Assembly: GCA_963706325.1 (NCBI GenBank)
Contig: CAVPLT010000002.1
Coordinates: 160,001-224,000 of the forward strand
DNA length: 64,000 nt
From: an uncultured Nitrospiraceae bacterium
GTDB lineage: Bacteria > Nitrospirota > Nitrospiria > Nitrospirales > Nitrospiraceae
Direction of reading: 5' to 3'
Below are positions 20,883 through 30,284 of the stretch, one piece after another. Positions within the stretch are counted from its first letter, which is position 1. Each line of letters opens with the position of its first letter. Both the position numbers and the translations under genes were made by a program. The notes beneath the pieces are model-generated. The model worked only from the letters and a program-made list of their open reading frames with translations. It was not told the origin of the DNA and searched no databases.

Positions 20883-21138
20883 CTAACGATAGATCTCTTT
20901 CCTGTCGCCAATTTTAACACGAGGACGATCAATTCCTTGTCCCGGATCGTATAGATGATCCGGTAGTCGCCTTCTCGAATTCGGTACAGATCCTCCTCAC
21001 CGGCGAGCTTCTTGACACCCTGCGGGCGTGGATTTCCCATTAAAGCTCGGAGGCGTTTGACGATTCGCTTTTGAATCGGTTCGGCAAGTGCTGTGAGTTG
21101 TCGCTCGGCAGGAGGGGCAGGAGAATCGAATAGGCCAT
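20883..21138 (-). pseudogene. RelE/ParE toxin with two 1-nt deletions
   Basis: Reconstructs as MAYSILL/PPAERQL...NPRPQGVKKLAGEEDLYRIREGDYRIIY...VLV/KIGDRKEIYR*. Confidence 0.85.
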
Positions 21139-21147
21139 CGCAGAAGT

Positions 21148-21402
21148 TTAAAGGCCGGGTTCCTTCAGAACGGCATCAAGTGGTTTCGCGCCTTTCTTCT
21201 TCGTTTCGGCCAACGCCGCCCGGGCATCGGCGAGGTCGATGCGATCTTCCAGGTCTTCCAGCAATCGCAAGTCGGCTATGGGAACCACGGCGGCGATTTC
21301 TTTGCCGCGTCGCCGGAGTATCACACGCTCTTTCCCGAATGCGACGCGATTAATCGTATCTGCGAATCCCTCTCTGGCTTTACTGGTCGGCAGATGCGCC
21401 AT
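21148..21402 (-). CDS. Phd/YefM family antitoxin
   Basis: KAREGFADTINRVAFGKERVILRRRGKEIAAVVP; lies upstream of relE. Confidence 0.9.
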   Translation of the reverse strand: MAHLPTSKAREGFADTINRVAFGKERVILRRRGKEIAAVVPIADLRLLEDLEDRIDLADARAALAETKKKGAKPLDAVLKEPGL

Positions 21403-21464
21403 GGGTCACCTCATCAGAATTGTACGAAACGTACCAACTGTACGAAGTGTACGTTTGAGAGAAG

Positions 21465-22733
21465 TTAAAGTCGAGGGTGGACGTAGGTCCCTTCCTTCTG
21501 CTTCCCATCCAACAGACAACTCACGTTCATATCACCCATGACATTGATTGCCGTCCGACAGCGGTCGAGAAACCAATCGACGGTAAGCAGGACAGGGATG
21601 TATTCCACCGGCAGTCCAACGGCAGTGAATACCATGGTCATCGTGACCAGACCCGCTTCTGGAATGCCGGCGGCGCCAACTGAGGCAATGACGCTGGTCA
21701 GCACCACCATCAATTGCTGATACCCGCTGAGGTCCATCCCGATCATTTGGGCGATAAATAACGCCGCCATGGCCTCGTAGAGCGCGGTGCCGTCGTTGTT
21801 GAAATTCGCGCCGACCAGCGCCCCCATGCTGGCTGATTGCTCACGCAAGCCTACGCGATCCCTAAGCGCAGTATAGGTTACGGGCATCGTGGCTGTTGAA
21901 CTCGCTGTGGAGAAGGCCATGACCAGCGCGTCGCGTCCCCCGCGAAGCAACTTACCCGGGCGCACCCAAGACCCGAAGCGGATGCGCACGAGGTAATAGG
22001 CCGCCTGGATTGCGAGCGCCAGCAGCACGCTCAGCACAAAGATGCCAAGCGCCTTAAACTGCACGAAGCCCTGCGTTCCCACAGTGCTGGCAACGATGCC
22101 GAAGACGGCAAGCGGCACAACGGCGATGATCCAATGCAAAATCTTAATCAGCGATTCGAGAAAGAGTCCGACCACCTGCTCGACCGTGCCGAGTGGCCGG
22201 TGACGTTCCTTGCGTAACGCCATACCAAATGCCACAGCGACGAAAATGACACCAATGACTTTCCCATCGTCACCCAGCGGTCCAAGCAGGCTTTTCGGCA
22301 CGTTCTCAAGAAAGGCGACGAGCGGATAAGCCCCATGCGTCGTTTCGTTGGAGGATGGCGACGGCGTCAGTGCCGCACCTTGCCCCGGTTGGATCACGTT
22401 AGCGACGGTCAGTCCCACGGTGATCGCAACCAACGTATTCAACAACAACAGCCGTGCAAGCCGTGCCGCAAGTGGACCGCCGAACTGCGTCGTCATAAAT
22501 GTGTGCACGATCGCCGCAAGGATCAGCGGCGGGGCGAGCGCACCCAAAAGGCGCAGGACCAGCTTTCCCGGCACTGCAAGGACGGCCGCCTGGCTTCCCA
22601 GCATCAGCCCTACCATGACGCCGAGAATCAAGCCGGCGACGATCCGTCCATACAGCGGGATGAGTTGCCATGTTGCGATCAGGCTCCTGTGGGGCGTCAC
22701 GATCGTCGTTTTATCCAAAGCATTATCATCCAC
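21465..22733 (-). CDS. Dicarboxylate/amino acid:cation symporter (GltP-like)
   Basis: AFSTASSTATMP, GANFNNDGTALY, DWFLDRCRTAINVMGD. Confidence 0.95.
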   Translation of the reverse strand: MDDNALDKTTIVTPHRSLIATWQLIPLYGRIVAGLILGVMVGLMLGSQAAVLAVPGKLVLRLLGALAPPLILAAIVHTFMTTQFGGPLAARLARLLLLNTLVAITVGLTVANVIQPGQGAALTPSPSSNETTHGAYPLVAFLENVPKSLLGPLGDDGKVIGVIFVAVAFGMALRKERHRPLGTVEQVVGLFLESLIKILHWIIAVVPLAVFGIVASTVGTQGFVQFKALGIFVLSVLLALAIQAAYYLVRIRFGSWVRPGKLLRGGRDALVMAFSTASSTATMPVTYTALRDRVGLREQSASMGALVGANFNNDGTALYEAMAALFIAQMIGMDLSGYQQLMVVLTSVIASVGAAGIPEAGLVTMTMVFTAVGLPVEYIPVLLTVDWFLDRCRTAINVMGDMNVSCLLDGKQKEGTYVHPRL

Positions 22734-22842
22734 GAGTTGTGGCTCCGATCTTCTCTATTCTTCATGTAAGGCTTGAGGCAAGCCCACGAGCCCATGCTCA
22801 GATATCGCCCCGCCGGGCTGTTGCGGATGGTATCAGCTTCGA

Positions 22843-23763
22843 CTAATTAGGTTCATTGGCCGACGCGGTGAATGCCGCTGCATGCTTTCTGATGAACTCC
22901 TGCAAGCTCAGGGGCGCATGTCTCGTGAGCGTCAGCACGTCGTCCGACATCCGGTCGTAGCGTCCCGCGCGGTGCAGATCGGCCATCGTCGCGAGGTGGT
23001 TCACCAAGTGAACCGGCAAGCCGCGCTTGAGCAGCCCATCCCGCCACGGCTCGGCCGGAATATCCTGATAGGTGATCGTGCGGCCAAGCGCCTTCGAATA
23101 CTCCTGGGCATAGAACTGCATGTTCTCGGACTGCGGACCGGTCAGGTGATAAATCTTGCCGATGTGCGACTGCGGGTTCGCGAGCAGCGCGGCGACCACA
23201 CGGGCAACGTCATCCGCTGCAATCGGCGACGTCTTGCCTTCGCCGAACGGGAGGCGGATCTGATCTGAGCGCTTGACCGAATCCGCTGTGAACAGCAGGA
23301 AGAAGCCATCGAGAAACACGGTGGGCCGCACATGCACGACCGGCAGACCGGACCAGTTCAGCGCCTGCTCGGCAAGCCAGTGCAGCTTGTGCTGCGGGCT
23401 CGCGGTGGTGTCGGTGATGCTCATCTGCGAGACTGTCATCTGCGACATATTGACGAACGCCTTTACGCCGTGATGCTTGGCCACCGCCGCTACATTGACC
23501 GTCGCGGCCAAATAGGTATCCGACACCGACATGCCGAAGTACATCGTCTCGCAACCGGCAATCACCCGATGCATCGACTCGAGATCGAGGAGATCGCCCG
23601 CCACGACATCCGCACCCAGGTCGCGCAACGCCTGCGCGCGGTCGTCTTTGTTGCGCACCATCGCTCGCACCGCGTGGCCTTGCTTCAACAGCAGTTCGGT
23701 GACCGTGCGCCCGACCGCGCCGACGCGACCCGCCGCGCCTGTGACTAGAATGGGTTGTGCCAT
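22843..23763 (-). CDS. NmrA-like NAD(P)-binding protein
   Basis: ILVTGAAGRVG, IAADDVA, YHLTGP. Confidence 0.9.
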   Translation of the reverse strand: MAQPILVTGAAGRVGAVGRTVTELLLKQGHAVRAMVRNKDDRAQALRDLGADVVAGDLLDLESMHRVIAGCETMYFGMSVSDTYLAATVNVAAVAKHHGVKAFVNMSQMTVSQMSITDTTASPQHKLHWLAEQALNWSGLPVVHVRPTVFLDGFFLLFTADSVKRSDQIRLPFGEGKTSPIAADDVARVVAALLANPQSHIGKIYHLTGPQSENMQFYAQEYSKALGRTITYQDIPAEPWRDGLLKRGLPVHLVNHLATMADLHRAGRYDRMSDDVLTLTRHAPLSLQEFIRKHAAAFTASANEPN

Positions 23764-23965
23764 CTGCTGTCCTCCTGTGAGTTTCCTCTGAATGAACATC
23801 AGAGGTAGTGTCGCCAAACGGCTTCAAGCCTGATCATTTGGAGCAGACCAACGGGGGGACGGAGCAGTCTACTGTAAAGCTGGTGGGGTATCCATCACTT
23901 CGGAGACGATAGAGGAGCGCTAAAGGTGAGAAAGTAAGCCAGCACCGGCTGCCAGGGGCGGGGAA

Positions 23966-23983
23966 ATTGATTGCAAGACCTGA
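23966..23983 (+). repeat. Partial copy of the TTGATTGCAAGACCTGA(CC) motif
   Basis: TTGATTGCAAGACCTGA is identical to the core of 28344-28369. Confidence 0.7.
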
Positions 23984-24040
23984 GGTGACTCCGAAACAAT
24001 GGGCGCCTCGGAGTGCCACAATCTATCTATTTCGCTGTGG

Positions 24041-25045
24041 TCATTGCGCCTGGGCTCGACGCGACAGGGACACGATATAAGAGGCTGAACGGGCGGCGAT
24101 CATGGGATCGGCTGCTTCGATACCGGGAATCAGCGCTCCTGGCATGAAGAGCAACTTCTTTTCCGCGGTTTGGCTGTCCGCCACGGCTTTGGTGATAATG
24201 ATCGTACCCAATTCGATCTGCTTGCGACTGTCCGGCCACGCGATCGTGGGATCGTCGATCTTGTCTCCTTTCTCAGCCACCTGCAGGAGCAATTTGAACT
24301 TGGCGGGACCACGGCGCACGCGTTCGCGAATCTCGGTGCTCAGATAATCAGATCCCGCCGTTCCGAGTTGCTCCTGGGTGAGGAAGTGCTCGCCCGCCAC
24401 GGGCCGGAGCTGGTAGCGACCGAATGTGACGGTGCCTTTCGCGTTCGTGAATTTGAACGAGTTAATCCCGAAATAGGGCAGGGTGGCGTAGCTCACCGGT
24501 TGCGGCTTGGGGCTCTCCACGAAATTTTTTGCAGCCGGATGGGATCCCAGAAACGTCTCGATGGCGGTTGGTTTGGGAGCATCCGGTCCGCTCGCACCAA
24601 CTGCAAGCAGAAAATCCCTGAACTCTTCCGCCGTCGCAACCGGAAATCCGTTGAACGAAAGGACCACGAGGTCGGTGTTCGATCCATCCGGTAATGAGAA
24701 CTTTACGGCCATGCCGCGCGGCATCTGGCTGGTGTCCGGGACGCTCGGTTGCCCGGAACCAGCAGAGAACCGCACCGTCACTGGAACCGGCGCCTTCTTC
24801 TTTTGCAGATGAGCGGCTTTGCTCACCGAGGCCGCCGAGGCAGCAGGGGTGAACGTGCCTTCCAAGACGACGCCCTTTGGGTGATTGGCGCGCATGCCAG
24901 GATGAACACCGAATACACCGTTGAAGGCATCGACGAGTTGCTCGGGCAGCGATTTCTGACTCGCGGGCGACTCTTCAGCCATGACAGAAGCGGGGAGAGT
25001 CATGGCAACGGCGAGTGTGGCGGTGGCTGCGAGTGATCTCCACAT
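24041..25045 (-). CDS. Exported catalase-related peroxidase (SrpA-like)
   Basis: HPGMRANHPKG, VTVRFS, RGMAVKF, ARSASY. Confidence 0.92.
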   Translation of the reverse strand: MWRSLAATATLAVAMTLPASVMAEESPASQKSLPEQLVDAFNGVFGVHPGMRANHPKGVVLEGTFTPAASAASVSKAAHLQKKKAPVPVTVRFSAGSGQPSVPDTSQMPRGMAVKFSLPDGSNTDLVVLSFNGFPVATAEEFRDFLLAVGASGPDAPKPTAIETFLGSHPAAKNFVESPKPQPVSYATLPYFGINSFKFTNAKGTVTFGRYQLRPVAGEHFLTQEQLGTAGSDYLSTEIRERVRRGPAKFKLLLQVAEKGDKIDDPTIAWPDSRKQIELGTIIITKAVADSQTAEKKLLFMPGALIPGIEAADPMIAARSASYIVSLSRRAQAQ

Positions 25046-25128
25046 AGGCAGGTCCCTCCTCGAAGGCTGCGATTTCGACAATGAGCGGTTTTGCGTGAGC
25101 TCACCCAATCACGTCTGTGAACCGCTGG

Positions 25129-25268
25129 GGAGGTTGGTTGGGAGAGCGGTGAAGACCCTACTCCTACGTGCCGGTTGAGTCAATCCGTTCGCGAGGCTGG
25201 ATGAGAGGGACAGGGAAGGAGTGGCCCGGCATGCGGCGGATATGTTAGTTTGCAAGGCCGGACCCCCC
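25129..25268 (+). repeat. ~135-bp direct repeat, copy 1: carries a leftward sigma70 promoter and ends in TTTGCAAGGCCGGACCCC
   Basis: Aligns with 28233-28368 (GGGAGAGCGGTG..ACCCTACTCCT, GAGTCAATC, GGATGAGA.GGA.A.GGAAGGAGTGGCCCG). Confidence 0.8.
25155..25183 (-). promoter_or_regulatory. Sigma70-like promoter upstream of the catalase-like gene
   Basis: TTGACT-17 nt-TAGGGT on the minus strand. Confidence 0.55.
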
Positions 25269-25423
25269 CCTCTAGGCTTCTCACAGAATCATTCAAAATT
25301 ATTTCGAAGACGCTGCAGCCTTTCTTAACCTCTGAGTTCAGAGACCTTGCCTGGCAAAAATCGGATTCCCCCGCGCATCCCTGTTCGCTATAATGCGCCC
25401 GAATTTTAATCGGGAGGTGCTTC

Positions 25424-25726
25424 ATGGCATTCAATCAAGTGGGAGATTTCTGGTTGGCGCCCGGTGAATCTACCCGCGTTCATATTGCCCTCGGAGGCCT
25501 GATCAACGAGGCTGAATGGGGCGGTCATGATTTCGGCGCACAATGGATCATGGCCGACGGGATCGGGATCAATCCGGTGCGGCTCATGGTCAGCGAGCAC
25601 ACCAAGGAGAAGAAGCCCATTCGCTTGCATCCCGGTTCGCCCAGCCCCATCGTCTACTCGGTGACCGTGACGAACATCGGTGAGGAACTGGCTCATTTTA
25701 CTATTCAAGGCGGGGGAAACGTATAG
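25424..25726 (+). CDS. Hypothetical protein (100 aa, beta-rich)
   Basis: GGAGGTG SD, TATAAT at 25389, coding-like GC3. Confidence 0.8.
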   Translation: MAFNQVGDFWLAPGESTRVHIALGGLINEAEWGGHDFGAQWIMADGIGINPVRLMVSEHTKEKKPIRLHPGSPSPIVYSVTVTNIGEELAHFTIQGGGNV

Positions 25727-25747
25727 ACGTGTCGAAGGAGGTCGCAA

Positions 25748-26011
25748 GTGAAGGCTAAGCGGACTATTCATGTGGTGACAGATAAAAAGGGAACAATTGT
25801 GGGTGGAGGGATTCTCACCCCCGGGAAAGATACCAAAGGCAAAGCGGTGCATATCCAGATCTCGCCGATGAAAGGGCAGTCGCTGGCCGAAGTCGCGATG
25901 CCCGCTGAAATCGCGCAATTGAAAGGCGCGGAACTCTTTCGCCGGCTGCAGAGCGATTTTCATTTGCCACGCGGCAAAAATGAGTTGGTCCGAAAGGCCG
26001 GACGGCGCTAG
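25748..26011 (+). CDS. Hypothetical basic protein (87 aa)
   Basis: AAGGAGGT SD, GTG start; paralog remnant at 1732-1848. Confidence 0.8.
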   Translation: MKAKRTIHVVTDKKGTIVGGGILTPGKDTKGKAVHIQISPMKGQSLAEVAMPAEIAQLKGAELFRRLQSDFHLPRGKNELVRKAGRR

Positions 26012-26276
26012 AAGGGACTGCATCTTTGTCAGCAGAATGTCGAATGACCATCGGGTAGTAATGGGGGGCAGCAGAAGTCGACCGCTTCGCGCCTGGAGGG
26101 TTGGGTTGTAAGACGTGATCCTATTGGGGCTGCTATCTGTGACTATCAATGAAGAAAGCCGCCTGAAATATGGGATTGCCAGACCAGAACCTAGTAGGGA
26201 AGGCCGTGGGAGTCGTTGACAAGCTATCAGTGAGTCGGGATAATCGCGCGCCTATTAGGAACGGGAGATTCCAGCC

Positions 26277-26738
26277 ATGAGCAAACATGCCGCCAGAACG
26301 ACAGAACCGTTCATCGTGACACCCCAAAAGTACGACCCCGCCTTGAACGTGATCGGTACCAAGGTGACCGTGCTCGCGTCAAAGGCGGCGACCCAATCCT
26401 ATGAGATCACCCTGCAGCAGGGCGATGAAGGAATGGGTCCACCGCTGCATAGCCACAACTGGGACGAATCGTTCTTTATTCTCAAGGGCCAAGTCGAGTT
26501 TTCCTGCGCAGACAACATCACACTCTGCATGCCCGGCACGCTCGTGCACGTACCCGCGGGCGCCAAGCACGGGTTTCGCTATGGGGCCGGCGGCGGCCAG
26601 ATGCTGGAATTCACCGGCCCAGGCAGCCTTGCTTCCCAGATGTTCACTGCCCTCAACAGAGAGATTCCACCTGGTCCACCCGACATTCCCAAGGTGCTGG
26701 AGGTACTCCAGCAAAACGGGGTGACCGTCGCGGCTTGA
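26277..26738 (+). CDS. Cupin domain protein
   Basis: GPPLHSHNWDESFFILKG, VHVPAGAKHGF. Confidence 0.9.
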   Translation: MSKHAARTTEPFIVTPQKYDPALNVIGTKVTVLASKAATQSYEITLQQGDEGMGPPLHSHNWDESFFILKGQVEFSCADNITLCMPGTLVHVPAGAKHGFRYGAGGGQMLEFTGPGSLASQMFTALNREIPPGPPDIPKVLEVLQQNGVTVAA

Positions 26739-26883
26739 GGCCACCCTGTCGAACAGCCCGGCCATAAGGATTCAGATCCACTTCTTTTGGAATTCAAAGA
26801 CCATCAACGCACCGCGCCTTTCTCCACCTGCATCGCCTTCCATGAACCACGGCTTCCGGCTCAATTTATCTAAGTAACCAGCG

Positions 26884-28077
26884 TTGGCGCGAAATGATCA
26901 GCCCCCCCTTTCTTTCCCGCTCTCACAGCTGGTAAGAGAAGCTCATATCATGGCAAACCCAAAGCTATTTGAGCCGATCACAATCGGCGGACAGAAGCTC
27001 CGCAACCGCATCGTGATTGCGCCGATGTGCCAATATTCGGCGGTCGATGGCCAGATGACCGATTGGCACCTGATACACCTGGGCCATCTCGCTCTGTCCG
27101 GGGCGGCGGTGCTGACCATCGAGGCAACCGCGGTCGAGCCGGAGGGCCGTATCACCTACGCCGACGTCGGGCTATGGAGCGATGCGACCGAAGCGGCGAT
27201 TGCGCGCACTATTGAAAGTATCCGTCGCTGGTCGGACATCCCCATTGCGATCCAGCTGGCCCATGCGGGCCGGAAGGCGTCGGTCGAAGTGCCGTGGAAA
27301 GGTGGAGCCCAGCTTCCGGTTGATCATGAACATGGCTGGCAGACGGTCGCCCCGTCGGCGATACCCTTTGCAGCCGGCCAACATCCGCCGATCGCGCTGG
27401 ATCATTCAGCGATGCATCGCCTTCGCGAATCGTTCGTTTCCTCCGCCCGGCGCGCCGCGCGGTTAGGCCTCGACGCGGTGCAGCTTCATGTCGCACATGG
27501 CTACCTACTGCATGAATTCCTGTCGCCGCTTTCGAACCGACGAGAAGACGAGTATGGCGGGGCGCTGGAGAACCGCATGCGGTTTCCGCTCGAGATTTTC
27601 GACGCAGTTCGCGCCGCGTTCCCGGCCAACCGGCCGGTGACGGTGCGCCTGTCGGGCACCGACTGGATTGAGGGCGGCTGGGACATCGAACAGACCATCG
27701 CATTCGCCAAGGCCTTAGAGGCGCAGGGTTGCGCCGGGATCCATATCTCCAGCGGCGGGCTCGATCCGCGCCAGCAGATTCCTGTCGGCCCCGGCTACCA
27801 GGTGCCGCTCGCCCGAGCGGTCAAGGAGGCCGTCTCGATGCCGGTGATTGCCGTCGGCCTCATCACCGATTACGACCAGGCCGAAGGAATTGTGAGCAGG
27901 GGGGATGCGGATATGATCGCACTCGCCCGAGCTGTGCTCTACGATCCGCGTTGGCCTTGGCACGCAGCGGCGCACCTTGGCGCGCAGGTGACGGCGCCGA
28001 ACCAATATTTGCGCAGCCAGCCAAGCCGCTATCGAGATTTATTCATCGAGGATGGGAAGGGGAAGAAAAGAGAATAA
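26884..28077 (+). CDS. NADH:flavin oxidoreductase/Old Yellow Enzyme (NamA/YqjM-like); true start probably ~26950
   Basis: NRIVIAPMCQYS, QLAHAGRKAS, HVAHGYLLHEFLSPLSNRREDEYGG. Confidence 0.95.
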   Translation: MARNDQPPLSFPLSQLVREAHIMANPKLFEPITIGGQKLRNRIVIAPMCQYSAVDGQMTDWHLIHLGHLALSGAAVLTIEATAVEPEGRITYADVGLWSDATEAAIARTIESIRRWSDIPIAIQLAHAGRKASVEVPWKGGAQLPVDHEHGWQTVAPSAIPFAAGQHPPIALDHSAMHRLRESFVSSARRAARLGLDAVQLHVAHGYLLHEFLSPLSNRREDEYGGALENRMRFPLEIFDAVRAAFPANRPVTVRLSGTDWIEGGWDIEQTIAFAKALEAQGCAGIHISSGGLDPRQQIPVGPGYQVPLARAVKEAVSMPVIAVGLITDYDQAEGIVSRGDADMIALARAVLYDPRWPWHAAAHLGAQVTAPNQYLRSQPSRYRDLFIEDGKGKKRE

Positions 28078-28232
28078 GAATCGCATGATTGATATTTCTT
28101 CTCGGCTCTCACCTCACTGGGTGGCCAGATTCTGCAAATGATTTCCCCTGGGTCAGTCCGCCCTGAAAAATATAGCATCGACAATGTATAGCTTATATGC
28201 AAGTTCACTCAATTAAGACTGAGAACCGATGG

Positions 28233-28368
28233 AGAGGCTGCTTGGGAGAGCGGTGGAAACCCTACTCCTCCATGCAGATCGAGTCAATCGAGCGAGCGGG
28301 ATGAGATGGAAAAGGAAGGAGTGGCCCGCTGTACGCCGCGAAATGTTTGATTGCAAGACCTGACCCTC
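28233..28368 (+). repeat. ~135-bp direct repeat, copy 2, with leftward promoter TTGACT-17-TAGGGT (28259-28287)
   Basis: Aligns with 25129-25268. Confidence 0.8.
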
Positions 28369-28369
28369 T
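28344..28369 (+). repeat. 26-bp inverted repeat, left copy TGTTTGATTGCAAGACCTGACCCTCT
   Basis: Exact reverse complement of 31655-31680. Confidence 0.9.
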
Positions 28370-28419
28370 GTCTTGTTACTCCGGACACCTTTTGCATTTT
28401 CCCATCCACATCGAAGGAT

Positions 28420-29484
28420 TCATTCGGTACTAAGTTCAATGGAGAATACCCCTTCAAGATCAATATGTACCTGAAGGGATGGCAGGGCTAGATAGGTGCA
28501 CAGATACTTAACATTGAGGGATCCTTGGAACACACGATTGGCTATATATCCAGCCGCTTGCCCCTGATACTGTAGCTGTGTAGCAAGCCCTGCAGTCTCA
28601 GTACGCCATCGCATCAGATCAAATATCTGTTCCCCATCCTGAATCTTTATCGCCCCTATAACATCGAAAACTGTTGGTGTGTCTGGAGTCGATGCGATTT
28701 GCTGGGCGAGTGCGACGTATTCTATATCGAGCAGGCGCTTATCAAGCGCGAATCTGAGCAGGGCATCATGTGGCATGGCCCACGATAGCTTTGCGCGAAT
28801 TCGAGATTGATCATCCCTCGCCACTGTGCCGCCGGTCACTGTGACACGAAACCCAATCAGTCTCCCGCAGATCTCATTGAACTGCTCAACTACATTCGAC
28901 GGCAGTTGAGTATTGGATGACCACTGACAGGTGGCATAGCGGATATTGCCGCCGCGAATGTTTGCGCTCGAGCGTAAGCCATCCGCGAGTGGGAGCCCAA
29001 GGTCAACACGCGGCGGACTGCAGTCTCTCCGTATCGCGGCGGGAGAAAGAATCCCCTGAAGCTGTGTAGCCATTGCCTGAGGATCAGACACAGTAAGATC
29101 TACTATCGGACTGTCTGTAGATTTTTGTGAAGTATGGTGAACTGTTAAGCGCTTTCCATTGAGAACGACGGAGTATGCAGCCGACACCTCAGGATGGCGC
29201 GCGTATGTAATTGTCTGCTCAATGGCGTCAATATCTATGGGTTCCTGCGGCGCTTTCGTTTCAAGAACCCATCGACCTGCGCCCGCCACTGTCAGAATGT
29301 AGTCTGCTCTTCCTCTGAGTGGGGGATCAGTGCTCTTTTTTCTTCCAAGCGACTCACGCTCGTAGATTAGCGTCGCCTCGCGAGCGATATTGTTGGCAGT
29401 TCCTCTTTCGTAGCCCAGTGCGGCCAATAGTGGTGCCGCAATCTCTTCTCTTACGTCAGTTTCATTTGCGTTAGGTGGAATCAT
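28420..29484 (-). CDS. Stand-alone HsdR-N-like PD-(D/E)xK nuclease domain protein with an unknown C-terminal domain
   Basis: NETDVREEIAAPLLAALGY...GRADYIL...VLETKAP...AIEQ.ITYA...VVLNG; visibly lower GC than flanks. Confidence 0.8.
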   Translation of the reverse strand: MIPPNANETDVREEIAAPLLAALGYERGTANNIAREATLIYERESLGRKKSTDPPLRGRADYILTVAGAGRWVLETKAPQEPIDIDAIEQTITYARHPEVSAAYSVVLNGKRLTVHHTSQKSTDSPIVDLTVSDPQAMATQLQGILSPAAIRRDCSPPRVDLGLPLADGLRSSANIRGGNIRYATCQWSSNTQLPSNVVEQFNEICGRLIGFRVTVTGGTVARDDQSRIRAKLSWAMPHDALLRFALDKRLLDIEYVALAQQIASTPDTPTVFDVIGAIKIQDGEQIFDLMRWRTETAGLATQLQYQGQAAGYIANRVFQGSLNVKYLCTYLALPSLQVHIDLEGVFSIELSTE

Positions 29485-29903
29485 TGGATTAGTTTTGGCT
29501 GTTGACCGGCAACGCCGTACCCAGCAGCTCCGCTGCCTAACCTGTGCTGGAAAGCCTTCTTAGCGAGCAGTGGCCTTAAAGAGTTGAAATACATTGCCGT
29601 CAGGATCCCATCTGGTGCTGCTTCAGAATGTCGAATATTCCGCCGAGTTGGGGTATTCGAGCGACCAATCAATGACATTTACAGGTGTCCGCAAAACATG
29701 AGCTAGTTCACCTTCTTATCACCGTTGCCCATTGCGTCGTTGAGTAAAGGAACGAAATTGCTCCAAAACTCTCGGCATATCCTCCTCTGTGATATGAGCT
29801 GGTTGCGAAAATCCACATTTTCGCAGTGGCGGACAGGACGACTTAGTGTACGCAGCTGTAGGCCTGACCACCACTGAGAACCTGTTGGACCTGGAGCCTG
29901 GGC

Positions 29904-30260
29904 CTAGCGCTGGACGGGGGACAGAATCCACTCGTTGGCTGTAAATACCGGCTGGCGATTCATTGCCACCGCGAGCCGAAAGCCTAACGCATGGAGGAGG
30001 GCATCGAGGCTTCGAAATTCAGGATTGCCGCGCTCCGGAAGCATGCGATACAGACTTTCCCGATTCAACTTCGTTTTCTCGGCGAGCGTTGCTACCCCTC
30101 CTTGTGCCTCAGCCACATTTCGTAACGCCAGCAAGAACAATTCCGGATCATCCTCTTCGAGCGCGGCATTCAAGTACTCTTCAGCTTCCCGCGCATCTCG
30201 CAGGCTTTCGATGAGATCTGCTTGATAGGCTTTGCTCTTCTTCGTGGCCGCCTCCTGCAT
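29904..30260 (-). pseudogene. Second copy of the addiction-module antidote (HI1420-like HTH); original ATG is ACG and stop TAG is CAG
   Basis: Colinear with 31738-32077; EEYLNAALEEDDPELFLLALRNVAEAQGG..LNRESLYR. Confidence 0.8.
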
Positions 30261-30284
30261 CCGCTCAAATACCGGTTGGCGGCT

